From the NCBI RefSeq assembly GCF_006345805.1, contig NC_043004.1, positions 32,178,001 through 32,242,000 on the forward strand: 64,000 bases of DNA, read 5' to 3'. Below, in pieces: positions 37,480 to 49,824 of the stretch; position 1 is the first letter of the stretch, and the number at the start of each line of letters is the position of its first letter. A program made the position numbers and the translations under genes. Under the pieces are notes generated by a model. The model was given only the letters and a program-made list of their open reading frames with translations, was not told the origin of the DNA and searched no databases. This stretch comes from Octopus sinensis. Its lineage: Eukaryota.

Positions 37480-38340
37480 CATGAATATGAAAATAATATT
37501 GTCAAGATAGGCACTGATCTAGAAGAGAGACATGAAATAAAACCTGATACAAATTTTTCTCCCAGGAACAATGAAAGATTCTACTGAATGTTTGAACAAA
37601 AAACAAGGTGGTGGGAACCAATTCACTGAGAAGGATGTACTTCAGACAATAAACACAAACCATGGGAGGAATAACCCATACTAAAAACCAGACATGGAGT
37701 TTTAACCAGTTCATAACATTCCACCTGCAATTCAGAAACAAGTATCCACTGCACAAAGAGGAAGGATATTAGCTGACAATAAATGTAGGCTGTGCGAAAT
37801 GAAGATTGAAGATGTTTAGCCATATTATTGCCAACTGTATAAGAATGTCTTCTCCTTGCTACCGCCCCATGAGACACGATGTGTTAGCTAGAACAATATG
37901 GAATGCACTGCAGAAGACAAAATTAAAATTAAATAGAAAGGAATATGATGAGACTGATGACTCAAAGGCATACAGACGGAACCTAAGAATATAAACTGAT
38001 GCCAAATTAAAACACAACCAGCCGAATATTGTTGTTTGGGACCACACATTAAAAGCATGCTCAGTCATAGAAATCAGCTGCCTATTTGATGTGAATGTGA
38101 TAAGAAAAATGCAAGAGAAGGAAAATAACTGCAGAACATTGATGAGAAGTTTGCAGATCCAATATCTAAGATACATGTTCAGCTTCTTAGCCATTATTTT
38201 TGGAGCTACACATTATATACCAAACTACCTGGGCCAAAATATAACTGAATTTGGATTTGTAGAGAAAGTACTTAGCCCCTTAATTCATAAGCTACAAGTG
38301 GCTGCAATATCTGAAACCTTTAAAATATGTAAAATGTTCT
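37480..38340 (+). mobile_element. Dong/R4-like RLE LINE fragment
   Basis: Encodes HIIANC...YRPMRHDVLARTIWNAL...KLKHNQPNIVVWD...IEISCLFDVN...IIFGA. Confidence 0.82.
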
Positions 38341-39288
38341 TATGATTCAAATGATAAACACTTACAAAAGAGACAATAGCAATTTCTTTTTCTTTACAAT
38401 CTTGCCACCAGCAAGGTGGCCAGTCAAAAGTAAACTAAAAATTAAGAGAAAGAGTGTAAATACATATATATCTATACATATGCATGCACACACACATTCA
38501 TTAATATATAAAAACATATATTTATTCATTTTTTAAACTAATGATCCACTCCATAACTACTCCGAGTTTCTTGCATGCTCGCATTTATGCAATCATTCAG
38601 GTGATAACAAATATGAACAGGTTGCATACAGCAATGGAATAGTCACTCTATCCTTCCTGGTTTTCATTGGTTGATAGTCATTGCTGAGGATGCTGGGAAG
38701 ATTGAGACTTCTAGTCTATTTGTAGTTGAGTGAGGAGGGATGTCTCTATCAGAAATATCAAATTGCTGGATCTACTTTTTGTTTAGTCACAGATCAGCAC
38801 TGATGGAGCAAACCTATGATCAAAGGCATTCCAACTATGACCATCCAGTTTCTCTTTTTCCTTCTGACATGGTGTGTCTGACCACACCATCCAAGGTATT
38901 CTTCTCTTTTAAGATGGCTGAATATGATATATTTGGCTGCTATTTCTAGTAGAGGATCCCATTTTAGTTAGAATTAAAATTACTAGTCCCCCGCAGAAAT
39001 GTAATGGAAGCACACAATTAAAAGTTTACTATTACATTTACGTTGGCAGTTGCTTAGTTGTTTTCGGTGTCTTGTACGGATATACTGGAAGTCTTTGCTC
39101 TCATCTTTTACTTGTTCCAATCACAAGACTGCAGCCATGGTGGGACACTGTCTTAAATAATCTTTAGTTAAATGAATCGACCACAGTACTTATTTTCTTT
39201 TAATATGTGGTACTTGTTCAATCAGCCGCTAAGTTACAGGGACTTAAACACACCAACACCAGTTATCCAGTGGTGATGGGGGGCAAAG

Positions 39289-39319
<31 letters not shown>

Positions 39320-40108
39320 CTCATAGGTATCTTTAGTCATAGACTAAGGTGTCTGGAAAACCAAAAAAGTACCCAACACGTCTGAAGGCAAAGTGTGTGA
39401 TTTTTATATTTCAATGTTTACTTACAACTTGCAAGTTGTTTCATCTACAGAAAAGTAAAGTTGCTTTTAGAATCGTCAGAGTTTTGGATGAAACATCCTG
39501 TAAGTTATGAGCAATGACAGTCATTGAGACAGAACCACATGTTCACAGCTGTCCTCATGTCTCCAGAAAAACCAAAAAAAAAAAACCCCCCAAAAAACAG
39601 TCATTTTCTGAATGGCATGTTAATTCCGGAGAATTGTTAATCGCTTGACATTATCTCCCTTCCTTATTCAGTTGGTAGCAATTGTTAGATGCTTGTTTGA
39701 CCGTTTTCTTGAAGGGAAGATAACTTTAACAAATGAAGAATTTATCTTGTACATGTTTCATTGTCCTTGTCCAAGTTCCTTCACCAAATCCCTCGAAGTC
39801 ATTTTTCTTAGATCGTTTTTTTCAATGCTTTAACATACATACAAATGTGTGTGTATATATATATATGTATATATATATATGCATATACACACCAAAGCAC
39901 GCACACACACACTTTTTTTTTACTTGACCCATACGGCTCAAGTACAATAGAAACCTTAATTCAGACATTATTATATGTAATGCACAAAGTGCACACATTT
40001 AAAAATACTGCTAGAGAAAGAGCTTAAATTCCAAATATATGCAAAAGTCTTGTAAGTGCAAGAAGAAAAGGGATATGGATAGAAAGCCCTTCTAAAATTA
40101 AGGAGCTT

Positions 40109-40176
<68 letters not shown>

Positions 40177-40338
40177 ATACAAATGTATATACAAACATTC
40201 ATTCGTATATATTTATAAATATATATGTGTGTGTACTTATATGAATGTAATATGTATGTATATGTGTAAATATTCTTATATATACATATAATCACACACA
40301 CTCACACATACACACCTGCACACATATATTTTGAGACA

Positions 40339-40446
40339 CTAAGAAGCTTCTGCTGCCTCTTGTTCTCCATCTGCTGACACATGGCCTTGCTGCTGTATGA
40401 AGATGTTTGATGGTGCCACCTGAACTTGCTGAATTTGATAAATTGG
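40339..40446 (-). CDS. NFYC: NF-YC terminal coding exon 10 (108 bp including TAG)
   Basis: cttttgcAG acceptor. Encodes PIYQIQQVQVAPSNIFIQQQGHVSADGEQEAAEAS*. Total CDS 1452 bp = 483 aa. Confidence 0.88.
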   Translation of the reverse strand, partial: PIYQIQQVQVAPSNIFIQQQGHVSADGEQEAAEAS

Positions 40447-41634
40447 CTGCAAAAGACAAGAAACATACAATGTAGTAGCAGTAGCAGTAGTAGTAGTAGT
40501 AGTAACCAGAAATTTAGTGAAGAGAAAACAATTGATTATATCCAATCAGTATCTGCCCAAGACTTATTTTATTGAGTTTCTTGAATCATCAAAATTAAAT
40601 TTGATCTTGGTAGGATTTGAATTCTGGATGTAAAGTGTGATAACTAGATACCCAAAGGTATTTTGTACAACCCTCTGACAATTCTCTAACATGTAAAATG
40701 ACATAATTCTTCTGTGCCCAGTATTCACGATTTGAATATGAAACTGCCTGAAATAGACAAATCTACTGTAAAATAAATGCTTTTATACCTGACTAGATGA
40801 ATTTGTCCTCCAAGGTAAAACCAACTCAAAGGGTTAGACATGGATTTATTTAACTTCAAAGAGCATATGACTTGATAACAAAACACATATGTGCTCAGCA
40901 CAATAAATCATAATTAATCCTAGTGGGGTATTTTTCATCAAAAATGCTCAACAAATATTCAAGTAAATTATGAAATATTTGGGACTATCACACTAAGTCT
41001 ACACACAGAAGAAACAGCCATAAAGAATTAATTTCTGATACATCATATAAAAGAAAATATTTTCTTTCACTGTACACACATTATCTATCTATCTATCTAT
41101 CTCTCTGTCTATATTTATTTATCTGTATATCAATAACTATCTATATTTATTCATCTGTATAAGTGCAGCTGTTGCTGTGTGGTACAGTCTGGAAGACGCG
41201 TGTGAAAGGCATAGTGACAGGTACCTTTGTCTTTGGCCAGGGGTTGGTCAACTTCTTTAGTTACCACCTCAATAGTAAGATCAGGCTGGAGAAGAGGTGT
41301 CTGTCACAGGATATATTTGTTAAAAGATGGAAACCTGTGGAAAGCAAGTTGGGTGCAATTGGCACCAAGCAAGTGCATTCAAGATGAAAAGTAAAGGTTC
41401 TACCCAGGTGGCCGGATGCCTTTAGGGAATACATTGCAAATCGCAATGAACGTAAAATTTTAAAAAATTTTTAAACTATATATATTTTTTTCATTGTTTC
41501 ATATATATTGTTTCATGATTCGCCTATCATCCGAGACTGTTTTTTAATTGATTAGCAGCTACTTCACCTTTTCATGTTTGTTTGTCTTTGTTCGTCCCCT
41601 CTTTGTAATGCCGTCATGGCAAATTTGATGAAAT

Positions 41635-42000
41635 AAAGTAGCTTGTTCCCCAACCACATGGTTCCGGGTTCAGTCCCACTGCATGGCACCTTGTGCAAGT
41701 ACCTTCTACTATAGCCTTGGGCCAACCAAAGTCTTATGAGTGGATCTGGTAGACGAAAACTGAAAGAAGCCCATTGTGTATATATATATATATATATATA
41801 TATGTTTGTGTTTTTGTCTTCCCACCATCATTTGACAACTGATGTTGGTGTGTTTACATCCTTGTAACTTAGTGATTTGTCAAAAGAGACTGATAGAATA
41901 AGAACAAGGCTTACAAAAAATAAATCCTGGGGTCGATTTGTTCGACTAAAGGTGGTGCTTCAGCACAATCACAGTCTAATGACTGAAACAAGTAAAAGAA
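41635..42000 (+). mobile_element. SINE family A copy
   Basis: Collinear with 20462-20858. Confidence 0.88.
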
Positions 42001-42231
42001 TATATTTATTTACCTGTATATCAATATCTATCTATCTATATTTATTTGTATATCAGTATCTATCTATATATATTCATTTATCTGTATATCAATATCTTTC
42101 TATCTATCTATCTTCATTTATTTGTATATCAATGTCTGCCTGTCTGTTTAAATCTATCTATATATCTATATCTCTATCAATATATGATTGCATGTACGTA
42201 TACGTAAGTATGTATATATTATATTATAGCG

Positions 42232-42499
42232 TTTTATAAGCTTAAAGCTTACAGTGATCACCGCGCAATGACTAAAGAACATAGTCTAATAATGGAATAT
42301 ATAAGACCTTGACAGAAAAAGCAGGTAGGTTTGCTAGTGTAATTGGTAGGACACTCGGTTGTGTAAACAGAGGGATGTGGGTTCACGTCCAACGCGTACG
42401 GGAAACCTACTTTTTCTGTCGAGGGCTTATATGTCCCATTATAAGACTATTTTCTTTAGTCATTGCACAGTGGTCACTATAAGTTTTAAGCTTATAAAA
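42232..42499. mobile_element. fold-back element with about 100-bp arms and tRNA-like core
   Basis: Arms 42232-42332 and 42403-42499 are inverted repeats. The core 42333-42400 has a D arm (GTGT/ACAC), TAGTGTAATTGG A box and GTGGG-TTCACGT-CCAAC T arm. Confidence 0.8.
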
Positions 42500-42615
42500 T
42501 ACTATTAGTATTATTTACAGAATTGTAAAAATCGGCACTGTTTGACAAAACCATTCGAAAAGTTATATATATACATGAACATATATCAATAAATGAATAC
42601 ATGCAGTGAAAGTAC

Positions 42616-42759
42616 CTGGGATGCGGTAAATTGTTGTTGTGCAGCTCCAATGACTGTCTGCTCATTCTGCTGAGCTGCCTGGATTATGATTGGTTGATTT
42701 GGTTGTTTACCTTGCAACTGCATCTGAAAAGCCTGCAACTGTGCAGCAGTTAACTGGAT
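42616..42759 (-). CDS. NFYC: NF-YC coding exon 9 (144 bp)
   Basis: Encodes IQLTAAQLQAFQMQLQGKQPNQPIIIQAAQQNEQTVIGAAQQQFTASQ, resembling VQLNAGQLQYIRL. AG/GT boundaries, phase 0. Confidence 0.92.
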
Positions 42760-43639
42760 CTGAAGGGAAATACATAGAGAACATCAACAAAATGGTCAGC
42801 TTTGAACCTTAAAATTCTCATATGGACAATATACCAGAATCCATATAGAAGAGAATCAGTATATAAGAGAATCAAGAAACAGCACTCATCACTTTCAGAA
42901 ACATTTCTACATGCTCTGAACAGTTGAAGCATGGAATAAACGACTTATGTAAGATGTTAGCTGTCAGCATGCAGCTGCTTCATCATTGCCGTCGCTTAAC
43001 ATCCGCGTTCCATTCTGGCACGGGTTGGATGGTTTTGACAGGAGCCGGCCAGGTAGAAGATTACCCCAGGCTATTGCGTCGGTTTTGGCATGGTTTTTAC
43101 AGCTGAATGGCCTTCCTAACACCAACCACTCCTTGAAAAAATGCCATGCTTCTCAAAATTTATCAACATTACTCCTGACATACCTTTCCATCATTTTCTC
43201 TTTGTAACTCTAATAATGTTCACTTTCCCATCTTTTCATGCTTTATTCTACTTACTGTGCTTGTACTTCTACTCTTCATTGTTGTCTTTCTTTACTCGAC
43301 TGATATGTAAGCTTCCTGTCCCCTCTTTTAACTTTTCCAACGAGCTGTAGTGCATCTGAGCATTGTATACAATAAGCTCATTTCTTTTTTTTATCAGTAC
43401 ATAGCAGAACCAATGTATAACAGAATAATTGCACAGCTGAGTCCAGAATCAGTGTACAACATAAAAAGCGTATACCAGAATAAGTATATAGCTGGCTCCC
43501 AATGTATTTAGTTACATCCATTTTCATTCTATATTTGTTGCAAAAAGTGGTAAAATAGACCAGTTGCCAGTCAACAACAGAAGATCGAGAACGTCAGCAA
43601 GGTCGAAGGTATGTGTAAACTGTGTTGAGATAGTAATAA

Positions 43640-44020
43640 TACTGTGATACTGAGTGGACATTATAATGATAGAACCTTCTGAAGATGGACATATTTACAA
43701 AGTAAGAAAACAGCACAGCTCCCATGACTTCAGGAAACATTTTTTCACGCTGAGAGTTGCTGAAGCATGGAACAAACTGCCGGCATCGGTTGTTAGTTGT
43801 CGGAGCACTGCATCCTTCAAAACTTCCATGCTTCCTGAGATTCGCCAACACTACACTTGATTTTCTCCCCTCCATACACACACAAGCATGTATCTGACTC
43901 ATACACTGTTCACTTTCCAGACATTTCTACATTACTGCATATACTTTATACGCACTTACTGACAAGTTGTGGTTCACCTGAGCACTGTATACAATAATTT
44001 CATTATTATTATTATTATAA
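43640..44020 (+). mobile_element. CR1-clade LINE 3' end
   Basis: Encodes GHIYKVRKQHSSHDFRKHFFTLRVAEAWNKLP...; 3' UTR ends gcactgtatacaataatttc(ATT)n. The related tail recurs at about 43345-43385 and 30240-30280. Confidence 0.88.
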
Positions 44021-44399
44021 TAATACTGTACAACTGGGAGTCATACAGTGCCAGATAGGACCATTCTATCAACGACTTCGGAATATAACAATATCTGTCA
44101 GAGCAACAGATACAACAGTGGCAAAAGACATCTTTACAACAGTGGCAATGAGGAAAAACAAATTTATGCAGAGTAAAAAAAAAAACATTCGCATGGAGAG
44201 TTTAAACTAATTTACGTGGAAAATTAAATACCCTGACGAAAAAGAAACAAAAACCTTGTTGAGCAAACTTACAAAAATCATAAAATATGGAAGACTTGAT
44301 AGCTGGGATAGTTGAGTTGCAAAAACAGCAACAACAACTCAAGGAACAATGAGAACAACAAGGATTGCAGCAGCAAATGTTATACTTATTGAAGATGAT

Positions 44400-45320
44400 A
44401 ACCAGTCTGGAGAATACATTTTCACCTGACCATGTAGCAAATTCCACAAACGAATTCAAATATGACTCCAAAGAAGGAGTAACCTTCAAGGCTTACTTTC
44501 AAAACAATGTCAGGATTGGATGGACAAAATGAAATCAAGTCTAGTATTAGGAAAACTAGTGATAGCTGGGCATGAGAAGTATAGTAACTCCATATTGCCA
44601 AAAAAAAAACAAAAACATTCAACATAAGTTTCACCAACACAGTTGATATTTTGTGCAGATGAAGATGAAGAGTGAAGATGAAGACTTTACTACTTACACA
44701 GGCAGAGCCAACAAAGAATGTGAGAGATTTAGTCTAGATATGCTTACTCCAGATTCTTTCAAGTGTTTGATTTTTGCACAAAGATTGGCAGATAGAAGGG
44801 ATGCAGAAATTCGAACGGATATTCAATCAAAACTGGAAATGAACCAGGATTTGACATTGCAGAAACTGTCGGAGGAGTGTGAGAGGATATTAAAATTAAG
44901 GCATGACACGGAAGAAATTCAATGGAAAGAGTGTTTCCACGTAGACCCAATGCAAAAATGTCAGAAGACAAATAAAGTGTCGCAGAAAAAACAGAAAAAA
45001 TATCAGGACGTAGACCCATGAATGGCATGTGGTGGAAGGCACCTGAAAAATTGTCCGTATACAAGAGCAAAGTGTTTTTGCTGTGGGGTTACAGGACATA
45101 TAAAATCGCACTGCAAAACTAGACTGATAGGAAAATGGAACAAACAAAAAAAAAAAAAACAAAATGTTTGTCAGCAGGAAAATTTGTGACTAAAACAAAC
45201 AGAAAATTTGTGAATGTGAGAATTGAAAACACTAGTGTCAGAATGCAGTTAGACATGGGAAGTGATATCAAAATCCTAAACGAGAAAACATGGGAACAAA
45301 TGGGTAAACCAAAATGATGT
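44400..45320 (+). mobile_element. Gypsy-type LTR retrotransposon gag-protease fragment
   Basis: Encodes FKYDSKEGVTF, FKCLIFAQRL...DAEIRT, CCHC knuckles (CFCCGVTGHIKSHC) and aspartic protease MQLDMGSDIKIL. Frameshifted. Confidence 0.85.
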
Positions 45321-45484
45321 ACTTCAAACAAAATCATCTATCTCTTTAAGCTGGTGAAAATAAAAAATGTAAATCTGCTAGAGTACGATAAAGACACTGG
45401 GAGTAAAAATTAATGCAAATTAAGTAAAACTAATGATGAATCACCATGAGCAAAATAAAAGATATTTTAGGTGTGAAGTCTTAC

Positions 45485-45766
45485 CGGTAAACTCTGAATC
45501 TCGCCTGAAGGTGTAACGACCTGCTGTATCACCTGAGCTGTCTGTATTTGTTGTTGTTGCTGTTGAGCCTGTTGTGTCACCTCTTGCACTTGATGGGAAA
45601 CAGCTTGTTGAGTGATGGCTTGTGTAACTGTGGTCTGTGTGGGGGTTGGTGTGGGTGGTGCAGGAGGAGGTTGGCTGACAACCGCTGTCTGTTGAACTGG
45701 TGATGTGGGAATTTGAATGATGCTGGAGTTGGGTAACGCTACAAATTCATACCCATGTGTGTTGTT
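45485..45766 (-). CDS. NFYC: NF-YC coding exon 8 (282 bp; alternative acceptor gives start at 45738)
   Basis: Encodes NNTHGYEFVALPNSSIIQIPTSPVQQ...AQVIQQVVTPSGEIQSLP, resembling human QQIITNTGEIQQIP. CCG|GTAAGA donor. Confidence 0.92.
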
Positions 45767-46958
45767 CTAGAAAGAAGCAAAAGATATAAAAATTGAATTA
45801 TCTATAATTATCTACAGATACTTCATCTATACCTATAGATGACATTCCAAATTGATATTTATTTCATTTGTTTTTACATCTGTTTTTCAATGCTAACATG
45901 GGTTACACAAATATATTATCGAGGTATTGTTTTATGGCTGAGTGCCCTTCCTGTCACTAAAACTACTACTGTCTGTTGTTTCTTCTCTAAGAGCAACGTA
46001 CACATAAACTCTGCTTGCTATCGTTCTTTTGAATGCACAAATAACAGGCTTCACTCCATGCCTTGCTACTGTGAGTTTAATATTAGGAGAGACACAAAGT
46101 AGTAAGCTGGCAGAATTATTAGCATGCAAAGCAAAATGTTTAGCAGCATTTCATCTGTCGTGTTCTGAGTTCAAATTCCACCAAGGTTGAATTTGCCTTT
46201 CATCATTTCAGGGTCAATAAAATGAGTACCTGTTGAATACTGGGATTCATGTAAATAATTTACACCCTTCTCCGAAATTGCTGGCTTTGTGCCAAAATTT
46301 GAAACCAATATTTCGAAGAGACATCATCTGGATGTAAGAACCACTGCCCTACTCACACCAAACTGCCAAAACCTTCCTAGCAGTGGATAAATAGATGTAA
46401 ACAGTAATAGTATTTTTGTTTAGTCCTAAGTCAGCCTTGACTGAACAAAAGCAAATATAGTCCAGCCATTACCATCTTGTCTTTTATTCAGATACAGTGT
46501 ATCAAGGGTTACATTATCTGCATTTTTGTCTTTCACTTTTTAAGTTAGTAAGGTGGAATTTGGAGGGAGAATTTGTTGTTATTTCTGAAAGGTTTACCAA
46601 CCACATACACAGGCCCTCTGGTTAATTTATGTTGGAGATGTGAGATGTCACAGTGATAAGGACATGAGATGTATATAAAAGTGATAAGTATTAACAGTGG
46701 AAGGTAACTGTGGCAAAAGTAGGACCAAGGATAACAGTGGAAAAAGAAGCAAGACTAGCTTTCAGGGTGTCAGTCCCCACAAATAACACACCAATATTAT
46801 AGAGTACACTAGTTATCTCTATATAGTAGTAGCTGATAAAAATATTGGTTGGCTGGCTGATTTCTCCAGTTATGTTTTACACCATATAGAGAGAGGGAGA
46901 ATAGAGCAAAAGAGAGTTAACATATTGGTTTGTTAGCAGGCAATAAGTAAGAGAATAC

Positions 46959-46978
46959 CTCACGTCCATCCACACACA
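46959..46978 (-). CDS. NFYC: NF-YC candidate micro-exon 7 (20 bp)
   Basis: About 45-nt pyrimidine tract ending ctctctcacAG, and GAG|GTATTC donor. Encodes VCVDGRE and converts phase 1 to phase 0, which the strong acceptor of exon 8 needs. Confidence 0.65.
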
Positions 46979-47435
46979 CTGTGAGAGAGAAAGAATCATA
47001 GAAACTGAGGGGGAGAAAGAAATAACAGAGTAGTTATGGGAGGAAATCAAATTTTGCAGAGATATGTTTTTAATGGAGTAGACTGTAATTATATTGACTA
47101 CATTTAGGAAATTAAGAGCATATTTTAAATATACAATTGAGAAATTTGTCTTATTTAATATTATTTTAAGGTAATAAATATTTTATTGTTGAAAATTAGT
47201 ATTCCTATCATCATTTTGTATAAGCACCAAGAAATTTAATAAAAGTTAAATTATAAATATTGTATGTATGCCATATTTTTTTATGTTATTAATGATGGCA
47301 AAAGTGTATTTTCAAAATTACTCATCATTTGACAGGAAACATTCTAGTAATAATACCACACAATATCATAAATAAAAAGGATTTAAAAAAAAAACAGGGA
47401 AAACGAAAGTAGAGTACATACATTTCCAAGGTTAC

Positions 47436-47483
47436 CTGACTGAGCAACTTGTATTTGGAAAGGAGGCTGAATGATATGTCCTC
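47436..47483 (-). CDS. NFYC: NF-YC coding exon 6 (48 bp, phase 1-1)
   Basis: T-rich acceptor ttttttttacAG and CAG|GTAACC donor. Encodes GGHIIQPPFQIQVAQS, a Q/I-rich stretch typical of the activation domain. Confidence 0.85.
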
Positions 47484-47577
47484 CTGTAAAAAAAATATTA
47501 ATTGATATGATTAGACAAAGCTTCACTGGTTCAAATATCATTACTATTAAGTTGTGGCCCTGAAACAAACAATAAAC

Positions 47578-48716
47578 CAGTGATTCCCAATGTGAGGCCT
47601 GGGAAAATTGTGGTGGAGTGTGGTGGCATAGTCGCCAGGCACAAGGTTCTCATTAAAGTGATTCACTTTTTTCTTAGTCAATAATGAACTTTTTTTGTGT
47701 ACTCAGTACTTAATAAAAGAATTACTGGAAGACAGTAAATCAATGGAACCACTTGTATGATGGTAATTCTTGCTTCCAACTAATTATTTGATTCATCACC
47801 CAATGAGCACCCGAATGCAAAGACCTGACAAATAATGTGAGTTCATGGCTGTTTCCTGCACCAGTTTCGCATAGCCCCAGCCCATCCAAAGTACCTTGGA
47901 TTGCAGAATGACCTGCTATGCTTACCTTGGATCGTAGGGTGACCTGCTGTGCTTGAGGAGACCTACTGAGTCAAGTACATCAACATCAAAATAAATATCA
48001 AATGGAAATTGTAGTTGTGATACCTGTGCTGGCGGTATGTAAAAAGCACCATCTGAGTGTGGCCGATGCCAGCGCCACTGTGACTGGCTTCCGTGCTGGT
48101 GGCACATAAAAAGCACCAACTGATTGTGGCCACTACCAGCCTCCTCTGGCACCTGTGCCGGTGGCATGTAAAGAGCACCCACTACACTCATGGAGTGGTT
48201 GGCATTAAGAAGGGCATCCAGCTGTAGAAACACTGCCAGATCAGACTGGAGCCTGGTGCAGCCTCCTGGCTTCCCAGACCCTGAGTGAACTGTCCAATCC
48301 GTGCTAGCACGTAAAACGGATGTTATACGATGATGATGATGATAATGATGATGTAGTAAAAAAGGCACAGCTGTCACTCACAAGCAAGTATGACTTGGTA
48401 GTGAGTACAAACCTTTCACTAACTGTTTTAGGTACCTTTGTAATTGCAAGCAGATACAGGCACCCTCTTGGCCCTCCCTCCCTTTGACCCAGGAGAACAT
48501 TTACAATGTGATATCTGGAGTGAGAGAGTATTGAGAGAGGGGGCTGCACCAGTAGTTGGCTGGTAACTCACTTCAGCTGAGTAAAATTATTAATGCATTG
48601 AATAATTGTGATAAAATATTTAAAATAAAAATGATTTTTTTCTAACCACCAATGGGGCATACATTTTTCTGGAAAGTTGTAGTGGAGCCTGGGGAAAAAT
48701 AAGTTGGGAAACACTG
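47578..48716. mobile_element. hAT (Charlie-like) DNA transposon with nested insertion
   Basis: CAGTGATTCCCAA ... TTGGGAAACACTG termini. 8-bp TSD caataaac / cactaaac (7/8 match). An RTE 3'-end copy is nested at about 47800-48352. Confidence 0.8.
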
Positions 48717-48861
48717 CACTAAACCAAGTCCCATTTGCTACTCCACAGTTGAGTGGTTAGTAGTGATAGAAGGCATTCATTCAAATGTAAATGTTACTGT
48801 TAACACCACCACCTGGTACCTTGGGTGTGGGTAACAGAGTCCATTTAGTTGCAAGCATTAA
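48436..48861 (+). repeat. 426-bp direct repeat, copy 1
   Basis: About 13 differences by eye from 50521-50946. Confidence 0.95.
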
Positions 48862-49274
48862 CCTTTTTCACAAGGAAATCAGATATACCCACTCAAAATT
48901 TCATTAGTCCTAACAGTGGAAAGCAGTTTTACACAGCAATCTATCTTTTCAGTCAAGATATGTCAAGTTTATTGAGGACAACATGGCTTGCAGAAAATCC
49001 CAGTTCTATTTTTTTGATAGATATTTAACATTGTCACTGGAATCTTCTTTTATCTTTTACATGTTTTAGTTAAGGGCTTTTAGAGAAGGGGCTGCACCAG
49101 TAGTTGGCTGGTAACTCACTTCAGCTGGATAAGCTGTAGTGATATGAAATTAAGCATCTTGCTCAATGACGTGTTGCACTGCTTAGTCCTGAAATTGAAC
49201 CCATGACCTTATGAAGCTGAGGTCAGCACCCTAATTCCGAGATCACATGCTTGTAATAGACATGGCTAAATTAC

Positions 49275-49426
49275 CTTGACTAAGTACAACTGGGAAACCA
49301 TCTCCTGAAAGCTGTATTTGGGCAGTCTGTTGAGCAGCCTGTTGTGCTTGAGCTACCTGCACTTGTGGAGCAGGTGTGGTAGCAGGTTGTGGTTGCAACT
49401 GCTGTGTTTGTTGCTGCACTTGCTGC

Positions 49427-49458
<32 letters not shown>

Positions 49459-49465
49459 TTGTTGT

Positions 49466-49509
<44 letters not shown>

Positions 49510-49595
49510 TTGCTGCTGCACTTGTTGTGACTGGGATTGTTGCTGCTGCACTTGTGGAGATTGCTGCTGTTGTTGGGTTGTTTGTTGTGGTTGTT

Positions 49596-49626
<31 letters not shown>

Positions 49627-49716
49627 TTGTTGTTGCTGCTGGTTTTGTTGGGCCAGTTGGAAGTAATACTGAATTTGATCTGGTAACATCGAAGTACTCC
49701 TTGCTGCTTCATCTTC
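49275..49716 (-). CDS. NFYC: NF-YC coding exon 5 (442 bp, polyQ)
   Basis: ttttaacAG acceptor. Encodes EDEAARSTSMLPDQIQYYFQLAQQN-Q17...Q33...QIQLSGDGFPVVLSQ(G); QYYFxLAQQ is conserved in NF-YC. AAG|GTAATT donor, phase 1. Confidence 0.92.
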
Positions 49717-49824
49717 CTGTTAAAAGAAACATCAAAATATAAAGTGAGCAAGTAATACTCATATTTGACACCCAGATTTCATACTCTCTCCTAAATATCA
49801 ATTATGTCTATATCCACACATTAC

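Noticed and set aside
49318-49751. PolyC, polyA/V, polyL and polyS/N ORFs
   Set aside because: Alternative frames and the opposite strand of the CAG/CAA tract. Only the polyQ frame links to flanking NF-YC exons.
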